This document shows, piece after piece, positions 27,751 through 37,833 of a stretch of 64,000 nt of DNA; the stretch's first letter is position 1; every line of letters begins with the position of its first letter. Position numbers and translations under genes: made by a program. The stretch comes from Candidatus Scatosoma sp. (GTDB lineage Bacteria; Bacillota; Clostridia; Christensenellales; Borkfalkiaceae), in assembly GCA_045128175.1 (NCBI GenBank), contig JBGVRF010000045.1, forward strand, positions 3,453 to 67,452. The letters run 5' to 3'. Under the pieces are notes generated by a model. The model ran no database searches and had not been told where the DNA came from. It worked only from the letters and a program-made list of their open reading frames with translations.

Positions 27751-30075
27751 ATGAAGAAAATCGTTCCCGAATACGCCTTTACGGCAGAACAACTGAATAG
27801 TATATCCGTTCTTGCCGATGAAACGGGGTTGACGGAACAAATCACGCGTATCTTGTATGCGCGCGGCATCGACACTGCGCAGAAGATCCGTCGTTTTATG
27901 CGCCCTTCAGAAAAGAATTTTCTTTCTCCCTTTTTGATGCGCGGTATGCGCGAGGCCGTGGAGATGATCACTGCGGCGCGCGACGAGGGCAGAACGGTCG
28001 CCGTATTTGGCGATTATGACGCGGACGGCATTTGCGCGTCGGCAATCATGTATCATGCTTTGAAAGAATTCGGTATCGACGCGCATATCTACGTGCCTGA
28101 ACGCGCGGATGGGTACGGTTTGTCCATCGATGCGGTGGATCGTATTTTCGATGATTGCAATCCCGAATTGTTTATCACGGTCGATTGCGGTATTTCCTGC
28201 GCAAAAGAGGCGCAATATATTTATGAGTTGGGTTCGGACGTGATTGTAACCGACCATCACGAGTTGCCGGGGATCTTGCCCGATTGTGTGATCATCAATC
28301 CCAAACTCAAAGACGAATATCCCTATGACAATCTCTGCGGCGCGGGGGTCGCGTTTAAGCTTGCTTGCGCGTTGATCGGCGAAGCCGCGTATAAATATTT
28401 GGATTTTGCCACGCTTGCGACGGTGGCGGACAGCGTGCCGCTACTGGGCGAAAACCGCGACATCGTAACGGAGGGACTGAAGCTGTTCAACAATCGCATC
28501 CGTCCCTGTTTTGCGGCGTTGTTAGGGAAAAATTATGAAAGCGTGACGGCGCAGACCCTGGCGTTCAATATCGCGCCGCGCGTGAATGCGGCGGGCAGAA
28601 TGGGAGACGCGTGGGCGGCGTTCCGGTTGTTTACCGGCGAGCGTGAATCGGAGATCTACGAGCTGGCGACAAAGCTTTGTCTGTACAACACCGAACGACA
28701 GAAATGTTGCGACGAACTGTATCTTGCAGCCAAGAAAAAGCTGTTGGAGAAGGGGGCGTACGGCAACGTGATCATGCTTTCGGATGAGAGCTGGAACGCG
28801 GGCTTTATCGGTATCGTTGCCGCACGGATTGCGGAGGAATATAACCGTCCGACGTTGCTGTTCGTACACAACGGCGATATGCTCAAAGGTAGCGCGAGAA
28901 GTATTGACAACATCAACATTTTCAACGCGCTGAAAAACTGCTCGGAATATATTGAAGAATTCGGCGGACATGCGCAGGCAGCGGGCATCAACATTCGTTT
29001 TGATATGTTCGAGGTGCTGGAGGCGGCGCTGAACGAAGAGATCGGAAAGACGTATTCGCCTGCGGATTTTGAGCAGACGATCTCCGTCAGTGAAGAGATC
29101 ACGTCCGTGTTCTCGGAAAAGTTTGCGCGGGAGCTGGTTGCGATGGAGCCCTACGGCGTGGGGCATAGACGACCGCTGTTTTGCGTATCGGCGAGCGCGT
29201 GTGTGGCGCGGCCTGTCAAAGCGATGTCTCCCCATCTTTCGGTGCGATGCGATTATATTGATCTGATGTATTTTTCGGGTGCGAAAAATCTGAAGATCAT
29301 CGAAAGCGACGTAAAGAAGAATTTTATTTTCGAGATCAATATTTCCCGCTTTAAGGGCAGGGAATATATCAAAGGTTACGTACGGGATCTTTTATACGAC
29401 GGGCGCACGGGCAGGGGGACGGCGGAAAGTATTTTTGCAAATGCGATCACGCGGTTTTATTCTCCCGAGGTGAACGTGCAGGCGACTCGCTTGACAATGG
29501 AAGAAACGGTGGCGATGATCGAACGGAAACATGCGGAATGTCCGTACGGGCTGTGTCTGATCGCTTCCGATCGCCGTACGTTGAAATTTTATGAGGGCTT
29601 GGAAAGGTTCGGCTGCGATCTGTTTTATCTTTCATCGAGAAATCTTTCCAACGCATTGATCGTGTCACCTGCCGCTGACGCCGATCTTTCGGGGTTCCGT
29701 GATTTTATCTTCCTCGATACGCCGTCCGATTTTAACATTGCAGCATTAGAGGGGAGGCAGGTATTTGTCAACGGCGATATTTGCGGATATAAGATGTTCG
29801 AAAATTTGGACACGGGTAGAGAGAGTTTGCTTGAAATTTTTTCGGCGCTTCGCCGCGATATCCATTCTTTGAACGGAGAGACGGTGGAAGAGCTTGCTTT
29901 TGCTTGTGACGGGCTTGGATTTGATAAGAGGGAATTTATTTTCGCGTTGAGTGTTTTTGAAGAATTGGGGCTGGTATCCTTCGGCGACGGTAGGTTGACC
30001 GTATATCGAGGGATCAAGGCAGAGCTGACCGATTCGACAGTATATCGTAAGGTATGCTTATTGCAACAGGGCTGA
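27751..30075 (+). CDS. recJ: single-stranded-DNA-specific exonuclease RecJ
   Basis: DHH motifs (VFGDYDADG, VTDHHE) and a DHHA1 region (GGHAQAAG). Confidence 0.92.
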   Translation: MKKIVPEYAFTAEQLNSISVLADETGLTEQITRILYARGIDTAQKIRRFMRPSEKNFLSPFLMRGMREAVEMITAARDEGRTVAVFGDYDADGICASAIMYHALKEFGIDAHIYVPERADGYGLSIDAVDRIFDDCNPELFITVDCGISCAKEAQYIYELGSDVIVTDHHELPGILPDCVIINPKLKDEYPYDNLCGAGVAFKLACALIGEAAYKYLDFATLATVADSVPLLGENRDIVTEGLKLFNNRIRPCFAALLGKNYESVTAQTLAFNIAPRVNAAGRMGDAWAAFRLFTGERESEIYELATKLCLYNTERQKCCDELYLAAKKKLLEKGAYGNVIMLSDESWNAGFIGIVAARIAEEYNRPTLLFVHNGDMLKGSARSIDNINIFNALKNCSEYIEEFGGHAQAAGINIRFDMFEVLEAALNEEIGKTYSPADFEQTISVSEEITSVFSEKFARELVAMEPYGVGHRRPLFCVSASACVARPVKAMSPHLSVRCDYIDLMYFSGAKNLKIIESDVKKNFIFEINISRFKGREYIKGYVRDLLYDGRTGRGTAESIFANAITRFYSPEVNVQATRLTMEETVAMIERKHAECPYGLCLIASDRRTLKFYEGLERFGCDLFYLSSRNLSNALIVSPAADADLSGFRDFIFLDTPSDFNIAALEGRQVFVNGDICGYKMFENLDTGRESLLEIFSALRRDIHSLNGETVEELAFACDGLGFDKREFIFALSVFEELGLVSFGDGRLTVYRGIKAELTDSTVYRKVCLLQQG

Positions 30076-30164
30076 GAGGAGGAAATAACAAACGCAAATA
30101 AGGACGCGCGCAGAGACGGCAAGGTCGGCTTGGAAACGCGCAGGAACAGGAAGAGGATGACAAT

Positions 30165-32300
30165 ATGGAAAAAACGTTAGAAAGAATCAAGGAAACTTAT
30201 CCGCAATTGGTAGTCAAGGCGTACGAGTATGCCAAAGAAGCGCACAGCAATCAGAAGCGCGCTTCAGGCGAGCCGTACTTTATCCATCCTTGCGCAGTGG
30301 CGGATATCCTCATGGAATTGGGGTTGGACGCCGCGACGATTGCCGCGGCGCTTTTGCATGACGTCATCGAGGACACTGCTTCGACCGCGGAGGACATCAG
30401 ACGGGAATTCGGCGACGAGGTGCTGGATCTTGTCAGCGGCGTTACCAAGCTGGAAAGGATCGAATTCAAATCCCGCGAGGATGAGGACGCGGAGAATTTC
30501 CGTAAAATTTTCGTCGCGATGGCGAAAGATGTGCGCGTGATCATCATTAAGCTTGCCGACCGTTTGCACAATATGCGGTCGCTGAACTTTCTTTCGTACG
30601 AGCGGCAACAACGTATGGCGAGCGAAACGCTGGATATCTACGCGCCGCTTGCGGGTCGTCTGGGTATTTCGCAGATCAAGTGCGAGCTGGAAGATCTGTG
30701 TTTGAAATATCTTGATCCCGATTCGTATGAATATCTCGTTTATAACATTCGAGAAAAGCTTTCCGAACGGAAGGAGTTTGTCAACGGTATAGTCGAAGAG
30801 ATCAAGGAGTTGATGAAAAACGACGGTGTGGAAGGAGAGGTGTTCGGAAGGCCAAAGCATTTCTATTCCATTTATAAAAAAATGAAGAATAAGGGCAAGA
30901 CGCTGGACCAGATCTACGATCTGACGGCGGTGCGCGTCATTGTCAAGGATATCAAGGAATGTTATACGGTTCTGGGGCGCATCCACGAAAAATGGAAGCC
31001 TATTCCCGGTCGTATCAAAGATTATATCGCAACGCCGAAGCCCAACAAATATCAATCGTTGCATACGACGGTCATGACGCGGTACGGTCAGCCGTTCGAG
31101 ATCCAGATCCGTACTGAAGAGATGCATCATATTGCGGAATTCGGTATCGCGGCGCATTGGAAATATAAAGAAGGCCGCACGGAAGAGGCGAACGGCGATT
31201 TTGAGAACAGACTCGCTTGGCTTCGCGAAGTCATGGAATGGCAGGGGGATTTGAAAGACTCGAAAGAGTTCATAAGCGCCCTGAAAACGGAGTTGTACAG
31301 TCACGAACTGCTGGTATTTACGCCGCGCGGGAAGGTTATTTCTCTGCCGCCCGACGCGACGCCCGTCGATTTTGCCTACGCGATCCATTCGGAGGTAGGA
31401 AACCACTGTACGGGGGCAAGAGTGAATTCGAAAATCGTGCCGCTGACGACGACGCTGGAGGTCGGGGACGTGGTCGAGATCATCACTTCGCCGAACTCGA
31501 AAGGTCCGTCGCGAGATTGGCTGAAGTTTATCAAATCGTCGAGCGCGAAAGCGAAGATCAGGCAGTTTTATAAAAACGAACTGAAGGAAGAGAATATCCG
31601 CGTCGGACAGACGAAACTGGAAGAAGAGGCGAAGAAAAAGGGCTTTTCGCTGTCCGAGTTGCTTAACGAGGAGAGTTTCAAACGTATTTCCGAACGGTTT
31701 TCGTTCGGTGAAATGGAGGAAATGTTTGCCGCGGTGGGATATGGCTCAATCACGGTCAATCAGATCCTGTTCAAGCTGATCGATTATTACCGTAAAGAGA
31801 CGCCGTTGCCGTTCGAAGTGCACGCGGGAGACGGAGGCGGAAGAACGCCCGGTGGCGTTTTGGTGAACGGTCAGGCGGGGATGTTATTGCATTTTGCGGG
31901 TTGTTGTTCGCCCGTACCGGGCGACGAGATCATCAGTTATACCTCTCGCGGACGTGGTACGGTGATTCATCGTGCAGACTGTTCGAATCTGCGCGGCGTG
32001 GATCCGCATAGGTTGTTGCCTGCGTCTTGGCAAATCGCGGCAGGGGTGAAGCAGCGATATAATGCGAATATTTCCATTCGCGCGACGGAGCAGGGCGCGG
32101 CGCTGTCTGTACTTTCGTCCGTGGTATCGGAAATGAAATTATCGATCACGGCGGTAAATGGACGGATTGATAAAAACCATGACGCTGTGTTAGAGGCATC
32201 TATTGCGTTGACGGATATTTCCGAGGTGGATCTTTTGATTAAGAAGATGTTGTCCGATAAGAGGATCTACGACGTACATCGTATCACAGCACTGTCGTAA
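30165..32300 (+). CDS. relA: bifunctional (p)ppGpp synthetase/hydrolase RelA/SpoT homolog
   Basis: HD domain (HDVIEDT), synthetase domain (YQSLHTTV), and TGS and ACT regions. Confidence 0.95.
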   Translation: MEKTLERIKETYPQLVVKAYEYAKEAHSNQKRASGEPYFIHPCAVADILMELGLDAATIAAALLHDVIEDTASTAEDIRREFGDEVLDLVSGVTKLERIEFKSREDEDAENFRKIFVAMAKDVRVIIIKLADRLHNMRSLNFLSYERQQRMASETLDIYAPLAGRLGISQIKCELEDLCLKYLDPDSYEYLVYNIREKLSERKEFVNGIVEEIKELMKNDGVEGEVFGRPKHFYSIYKKMKNKGKTLDQIYDLTAVRVIVKDIKECYTVLGRIHEKWKPIPGRIKDYIATPKPNKYQSLHTTVMTRYGQPFEIQIRTEEMHHIAEFGIAAHWKYKEGRTEEANGDFENRLAWLREVMEWQGDLKDSKEFISALKTELYSHELLVFTPRGKVISLPPDATPVDFAYAIHSEVGNHCTGARVNSKIVPLTTTLEVGDVVEIITSPNSKGPSRDWLKFIKSSSAKAKIRQFYKNELKEENIRVGQTKLEEEAKKKGFSLSELLNEESFKRISERFSFGEMEEMFAAVGYGSITVNQILFKLIDYYRKETPLPFEVHAGDGGGRTPGGVLVNGQAGMLLHFAGCCSPVPGDEIISYTSRGRGTVIHRADCSNLRGVDPHRLLPASWQIAAGVKQRYNANISIRATEQGAALSVLSSVVSEMKLSITAVNGRIDKNHDAVLEASIALTDISEVDLLIKKMLSDKRIYDVHRITALS

Positions 32301-32600
32301 CCAGCGTTCCGCCAGCGTTTCGGCAACGTTCCGTTGCATCCAGTTAGGAAGTCAAGAAACTCAGTTTCTTGCGGGTGTGGGCAGAGCCCACGAAAAATAT
32401 CCCTTTTAAGCAAGCTGTGCTTGCGCCTTTACGCCTTTGGCGTTGATGCGTTGCTTTGCAACACAATGAAATAACGCAAAGCAGAGCTTTGCTCTCTTAA
32501 GGCTTAGTATTTATGGAGCTCCGCTCCATGCCTCGTTAAGGGCTACTCGCCCTTAAAACCTCGCAAGGGACAATGTCCCTTAACCCTTGACTTGGTCCAG
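32301..32600 (+). repeat. hairpin-array intergenic repeat, copy A
   Basis: Starts at the base after the relA TAA. Core GGAAGTCAAGAAACTCAGTTTCTTGCGGGTGTGGGCAGAGCCCACGAA is at 32347-32394, followed by at least 7 short hairpins. The right end CCCTTGACTTGGTCCAGG is inverted relative to the left module. Confidence 0.85.
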
Positions 32601-32631
32601 GGGAATGCTGGCTGGTGGGAGGAGAAAGTTT

Positions 32632-33255
32632 ATGAAAATAATCAAGATCGCGCCGCGCGGATTCGCGGCGAATACGTACGTTTTGACGGAGGACGGGAAA
32701 AATGCCGTCGTTATTGACCCTGCACAGACAAGGGCGGAAAGCGAATTGATCAAGCTTGGTCTCAACCCTGCCTACGTCCTTTTGACACATTGCCATTTCG
32801 ATCACGTCGGTGGCGTGAGCGTTTTACAGGCGAGTGGCGCAAAGGTCGTATGCTCGGAGTCGGAAAAACCCCTGATTGGAACGAATGCGGATCTGTTCGA
32901 GATGTTCGGCGCGCCCCGTGTGAACTATACAGTCGATAAAACGATGAAGGACGGCGAGGAGAGGGAATTTTGCGGAATAAATATTAAAACTCTACTCACG
33001 CCCGGGCATACGAAAGGGAGCTGTTGCTACCTTGTAACAGAAAAGGACGGGGGTAGGTATTTGTTCACGGGCGATACGCTGTTTGCAAGCAGCATCGGTA
33101 GGACGGATTTTCCAACGGGGAATATTATGGAGATGCGCGCAAGCTTGCGCCGCATTTCCGCGCTGGAGGGGGATATGCCCATATATGCCGGTCACGAAGA
33201 GGAGACTACGCTCGATAAGGAACGGAAAAATAATCCGTTTCTGTTGGACGCTTAA
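32632..33255 (+). CDS. MBL-fold metallo-hydrolase
   Basis: HCHFDH motif, with GGGAGGAG upstream of the ATG at 32632. Confidence 0.88.
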   Translation: MKIIKIAPRGFAANTYVLTEDGKNAVVIDPAQTRAESELIKLGLNPAYVLLTHCHFDHVGGVSVLQASGAKVVCSESEKPLIGTNADLFEMFGAPRVNYTVDKTMKDGEEREFCGINIKTLLTPGHTKGSCCYLVTEKDGGRYLFTGDTLFASSIGRTDFPTGNIMEMRASLRRISALEGDMPIYAGHEEETTLDKERKNNPFLLDA

Positions 33256-33282
33256 AAATACGGAAAGCTGCTTTGAAAAGTT

Positions 33283-34683
33283 ATGTTTGTTACCGATTGT
33301 AAATTTTTGGAAAATGAGCTTATGGACGTGGTGCGGCTGTTTAAAAACCGTCCCGCAGCCATCGAACACTCTTTTCGTTTTGAAGAGGGTGTTTTTTACA
33401 ATGATTTTCGTATCGACGGAAAAGCCTTTTTCTTTAAAGATGGGGGGCAGGTATGCGATGAGCTTGAATTTAAGCGTTTCGAACGTCGATTTGCCAAGCT
33501 TGCCTTATACGAGATATTATCCGATCTTTACGGCGAGAAAATGCCGTGGGGCGCGTTGACGGGGATCAGACCTACCAAGCTTGCGTATATGGAACAGGAA
33601 AAAGGGCTTGATTTTGTCGAGCTTTTCCGCCGTATGCGGGTCAGTGAGGAGAATATCCGTCTTGTTGCGGACGTTCTCAAAACGCAGGAGGGGGTGTACG
33701 AGAAAAAGGACGGCAATACCGATCTGTTTGTTTCTTTGCCCTTCTGTCCTTCCAAATGCGCATACTGTTCCTTTATTACTGCCCCGATCGATAAAACGCG
33801 GCATTTTTTGCCTTCTTATCTCGATTGTCTGGAAAAAGAGCTTGTCGCGGCAAAGGATAGCGTGGGCGTTCTTCGCAGCGTTTACGTCGGCGGAGGGACG
33901 CCGTTCGCGCTTGACGCGCCCGATTTGGAACGGGTGCTGAAAGCCGTTGCGCCGATCGTCGAAAATGCAAAACGCGCCACCCATGTATGCGAATACACCG
34001 TAGAGGCGGGACGCCCCGATGTGTTTACGGATGAGAAATTGGCATTGCTGAAAGACTACGGTGTGACCCGTATCTGTATCAATCCGCAAAGTTTTTCGGA
34101 TGAAACTTTGCAAAAGATCGGCAGAAAACATACGGTTGAGGATATTTATAAGGCGTTTGAAAGGTCGGAAAAATACGGCTTTGACGTCAATATCGATCTG
34201 ATCGCAGGTTTGGCGGACGAAACGCCCGATACTTTCGAGCAAAGCGTGCAAAAAGCGGTGAAGCTTAATGCGGATAACGTCACCGTGCATTGCTTGTCCT
34301 TGAAATCGGGCGCGAAGTTGAAAGAGGACAAAATTAAAGAGGAAAACGTGTATCTCGAAAACGGCTTCATCTCAACCATGGTAGCCACGTCGAGAGAGAT
34401 TTTAAGCGAGAACGGATACGCACCTTATTATATGTACCGCCAAAAATATCAGGTAGGAAATAACGAAAACGTAGGCTGGACGAAGCTGGGCAAAGCGTGC
34501 GTATATAATGTCGATATCATGGAAGAAACGGCGGACAACCTTGCCGTCGGTGCCAATGCGGTGTCCAAACGCGTTTATAATGACAAGGGACTGATCACCC
34601 GTTTCGCTTCGCAAAAAGATTTGAAAACGTATATTGAGAAGATTGATGACATCATCGAAAAACGTCGGAAATTTTTCGAATAA
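33283..34683 (+). CDS. hemZ: radical SAM coproporphyrinogen dehydrogenase-like protein HemZ
   Basis: CPSKCAYCSF motif, about 466 aa, and the conserved position after relA and the MBL hydrolase. Confidence 0.8.
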   Translation: MFVTDCKFLENELMDVVRLFKNRPAAIEHSFRFEEGVFYNDFRIDGKAFFFKDGGQVCDELEFKRFERRFAKLALYEILSDLYGEKMPWGALTGIRPTKLAYMEQEKGLDFVELFRRMRVSEENIRLVADVLKTQEGVYEKKDGNTDLFVSLPFCPSKCAYCSFITAPIDKTRHFLPSYLDCLEKELVAAKDSVGVLRSVYVGGGTPFALDAPDLERVLKAVAPIVENAKRATHVCEYTVEAGRPDVFTDEKLALLKDYGVTRICINPQSFSDETLQKIGRKHTVEDIYKAFERSEKYGFDVNIDLIAGLADETPDTFEQSVQKAVKLNADNVTVHCLSLKSGAKLKEDKIKEENVYLENGFISTMVATSREILSENGYAPYYMYRQKYQVGNNENVGWTKLGKACVYNVDIMEETADNLAVGANAVSKRVYNDKGLITRFASQKDLKTYIEKIDDIIEKRRKFFE

Positions 34684-34718
34684 ATCGGAATAAAATTTCG
34701 AAAACAGCGCTAAATCAA

Positions 34719-34747
34719 TTTACATTCGGAAAAGAATGTGCTAAAAT
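34719..34747 (+). promoter_or_regulatory. sigma-A promoter for rpsO
   Basis: TTTACA, 17-nt spacer, TGcTAAAAT (extended -10). Confidence 0.6.
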
Positions 34748-34829
34748 AGTAGTAACGGCTGTCTGAGCGAGTCGATTCTCCACGCTACGCTCAGCGGTAC
34801 GAGATACCATTCCATAGGAGGATAAAAAA

Positions 34830-35084
34830 ATGGAAAAGAATGAAATCATCGCAAAATTTGCTACCCACGAAGGCGACACCGGTTCGCCCGAAGTTCAGAT
34901 CGCGCTTCTGACCTTCAGAATCAACCACCTCAACGAGCATCTTAAAGAACACAAGCAGGATAACCATTCCCGCCGCGGTCTTTTGAAGATGGTCGGTAAG
35001 CGTCGTGGTCTGCTTGACTATCTCAAAGATAAGGACATCACGAGATACAGAGCGATCGTAGAAGCTTTGGGACTCAGAAAGTAA
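34830..35084 (+). CDS. rpsO: 30S ribosomal protein S15
   Basis: Contains [14 protein letters not shown]...[23 protein letters not shown]. Confidence 0.95.
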   Translation: MEKNEIIAKFATHEGDTGSPEVQIALLTFRINHLNEHLKEHKQDNHSRRGLLKMVGKRRGLLDYLKDKDITRYRAIVEALGLRK

Positions 35085-35256
35085 TGCAAGCACGAAAGGG
35101 CGGGTTGTTTTAACTCGCTCTTTTTTGTCGATATGCAAAGAAAGGACAAGCCCCGGCATAGGCTTTTTCGGACTTTGCACGTCAAACCCTGCTTGCCGTC
35201 GGGCGACGCAAGCGGACAAGAACAAAAAAGAATTATAAGACAAGGAGAATTTTACA

Positions 35257-37359
35257 ATGCCATCTTTAGAAAACTACAAAGTATTTAAAACGGATTATGC
35301 AGGCAAAGAACTCGTCGTAGAGATCGGCAAATATGCGGAACAAGCAAACGGCGCGTGTCTTGTGCGTTGCGGCGATACCGCGGTACACGTATCGGTATGT
35401 ATGTCGGAGACCGCAAGAGAAGGAATGGATTTCTTCCCCCTTTCCGTCGATTATGAAGAAAAGATGTTTGCCGTAGGTAAGATCCCCGGCGGCTTCAAAA
35501 AGCGCGAAGGCAGAGCGTCGGATAAGGCGATTTTGACGAGTCGTTTGATCGACAGACCCATTCGTCCCCTTTTCCCGAAGGGAATTTTCAACGACGTAGT
35601 CGTGACAGCGACGGCGCTTTCCGTCGATCCCGACGTTTCCCCCGAACCTCTCGCGATGATCGGTTCGTCTATCGCGTTGTCTATTTCGGATATTCCTTGG
35701 GCAGGACCTACGGGCTCGCTTGTTGTCGGCATGATCGACGGTAAATATCTGATCAATCCCAACGTGGAAGAGAGAGCGAAGAGCGCGATCCACCTCAATC
35801 TTGCGGGTACGAAGGACGCGATTTTGATGATCGAAGCAGGCGCGAACGAGGTTACCGACGCGGAGATGGTCGGTGCGATTATGTACGGTCACGAAGAGAT
35901 CAAAAAGATCTGTGCTTGGATCGAGGACGAGATCGTTCCCGTTGTGGGCAAGCCCAAGAAGGAAATGGAGCTTTACCATATTCCCGAAGAGCTTGACGCG
36001 GCTGTAAAAGAATACGGTTACGATAAGCTGTACGCGGCGCTCGATACCTTCGACCGTCAGGAACGTCAGGCAAAGCAGGCGGCTGCGGAAGCAGAGATCG
36101 TAGAACATTTCGCCGAAATCTATCCCGATCAGATCCGCGAAGTGAAGGATTCGATTTATTATATCGTGAAAGGAATCGTCCGCGCGAAGATCTTTGATAA
36201 AGGGATTCGTCCCGACGGCAGAACGCTGAAGGAAGTCCGTCCCATTTGGTGTGAACACGGGATCCTGCCCAGAGTACACGGCTCGGCAGTGTTCACGAGA
36301 GGACAGACGCAGGCGCTTACCACCTGTACGCTGGGTATGCTCGGCGAAGCGCAGAGAATGGAAGGGCTTGACGAAGAAGAAGAGAAGAGATATATGCACC
36401 AGTATAACTTCCCCGGCTATTCGACGGGTGAAGCGAAGCCTTTGAGAAGCCCCGGCCGTCGTGAAATCGGTCACGGCGCTTTGGCGGAACGCGCGCTGGT
36501 TCCTGTTATCCCTTCTCCCGAAGAATTCCCGTACGCGATCCGCGTTGTATCCGATATCCTTTCCTCGAACGGTTCGTCCTCGATGGCTTCCGTTTGCGGT
36601 TCGACGATGGCATTGATGGACGCAGGCGTTCCTATTAAGGCACCCGTTGCAGGCTGCGCAATGGGTCTTGTCAAGGATCCCGAAACGGGCAAGTACGTCA
36701 TTATGACGGATATTCAGGGCCTTGAAGATTTCCTTGGAGATATGGACTTTAAGGTTGCAGGTACGGACAAGGGTATCACGGCGATCCAAATGGATATCAA
36801 GATCAAAGGTATCTCCGAAGAAATCATGCTCGACGCGATCGCGCAGGCGCAGGAAGCGAGAAAGTTCATTCTCGGTAAGATGCTGGAATGTATACCCGAC
36901 GTCAACGAACAGTTGTCCACGTACGCGCCGAAGATCGTGACCTTCAAGATCAATCCCGAAAAGATCGGCGACGTTGTCGGTAAGCAGGGCAAGGTCATCA
37001 ACAAGATTATCGAACAGACCAGCACGAAGATCGACATCGAAGAGGACGGCACCGTTTGCGTGGCTTGCTTCGGCGACGTTTCGAACGCGAACCGCGCGAA
37101 GGCGATCATCGAATCGATCGCGCACGATCCCGAGGTCGGCGATATGTTCGTCGGCGTGGTCGTCCGTATCCTTTCGAAGGTCGGCGCGTTTGTTGAGTTC
37201 GCGCCCGGTAAGGACGGCATGATCCACATCTCCAAGCTCTCCGAAAAGAGAGTCAACCAGGTCGAAGACGTATTGAACATCGGCGACAAGGTAAAGGTGG
37301 AGATCATCAAGATCGGCGAAAAGGGCATCGACTTGAAGCTGCTTGAAAAAATGGACTAA
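35257..37359 (+). CDS. pnp: polyribonucleotide nucleotidyltransferase (PNPase)
   Basis: Two RNase PH domains plus KH and S1 domains, 700 aa. Confidence 0.96.
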   Translation: MPSLENYKVFKTDYAGKELVVEIGKYAEQANGACLVRCGDTAVHVSVCMSETAREGMDFFPLSVDYEEKMFAVGKIPGGFKKREGRASDKAILTSRLIDRPIRPLFPKGIFNDVVVTATALSVDPDVSPEPLAMIGSSIALSISDIPWAGPTGSLVVGMIDGKYLINPNVEERAKSAIHLNLAGTKDAILMIEAGANEVTDAEMVGAIMYGHEEIKKICAWIEDEIVPVVGKPKKEMELYHIPEELDAAVKEYGYDKLYAALDTFDRQERQAKQAAAEAEIVEHFAEIYPDQIREVKDSIYYIVKGIVRAKIFDKGIRPDGRTLKEVRPIWCEHGILPRVHGSAVFTRGQTQALTTCTLGMLGEAQRMEGLDEEEEKRYMHQYNFPGYSTGEAKPLRSPGRREIGHGALAERALVPVIPSPEEFPYAIRVVSDILSSNGSSSMASVCGSTMALMDAGVPIKAPVAGCAMGLVKDPETGKYVIMTDIQGLEDFLGDMDFKVAGTDKGITAIQMDIKIKGISEEIMLDAIAQAQEARKFILGKMLECIPDVNEQLSTYAPKIVTFKINPEKIGDVVGKQGKVINKIIEQTSTKIDIEEDGTVCVACFGDVSNANRAKAIIESIAHDPEVGDMFVGVVVRILSKVGAFVEFAPGKDGMIHISKLSEKRVNQVEDVLNIGDKVKVEIIKIGEKGIDLKLLEKMD

Positions 37360-37370
37360 AACAAAAAGAC

Positions 37371-37406
37371 AAAGATCCCCGATTTCGTTCGGGGATCTTT
37401 TGTTTG
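37371..37406 (+). terminator. rho-independent terminator after pnp
   Basis: 12-bp stem AAAGATCCCCGA/TCGGGGATCTTT followed by a T run. Confidence 0.85.
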
Positions 37407-37496
37407 CGTTTTCATGATTTTATAAGGTTTTTTGACCTATGTCAAGACTTTTGACCTGAATTATGATATAATTTTTATATGGTATATATTGAAATT

Positions 37497-37676
37497 ATGA
37501 AACAACTTATGTTTGAAAGAAATTTGAGCCAACAAAAGTTGGCTGATATTCTGAACGTCAATCAAACGACGGTCAGCCAATGGTTGCGCGGAAAGAAAAA
37601 ACCGAGCTATGATAATATTTTGATGCTTTATGAAAAATTCGATATTGAACCGAATCGCTTTTTCGGTATTGAATAA
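37497..37676 (+). CDS. small XRE-family helix-turn-helix protein (59 aa)
   Basis: HTH pattern LSQQKLADILNVNQTTVSQWLRG. The gene is low in GC. Confidence 0.8.
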   Translation: MKQLMFERNLSQQKLADILNVNQTTVSQWLRGKKKPSYDNILMLYEKFDIEPNRFFGIE

Positions 37677-37696
37677 AACGAAGTGCGTCCCCAAAA

Positions 37697-37730
37697 GCTT
37701 GGCTTTTGGGGACGTTTCATTTCATTGCGT
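37697..37730. terminator. terminator between convergent genes
   Basis: 12-bp stem GTCCCCAAAAGC/GCTTTTGGGGAC with a 3-nt loop. Confidence 0.7.
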
Positions 37731-37833
37731 GATATTTTTTGCCGCTACGTAATGATTTACAGTCAAGTTGCGTAAAGTCTTGTCCTTTACGTATTCGTTC
37801 CGAGCCAATAGGAAACACGCAAAAATTTTTTGG

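Noticed and set aside
35266-37227. 653-aa antisense ORF across pnp.
   Set aside because: PNPase on the plus strand is unambiguous. The antisense frame has a low-complexity Arg/Asp/His composition and no motifs.
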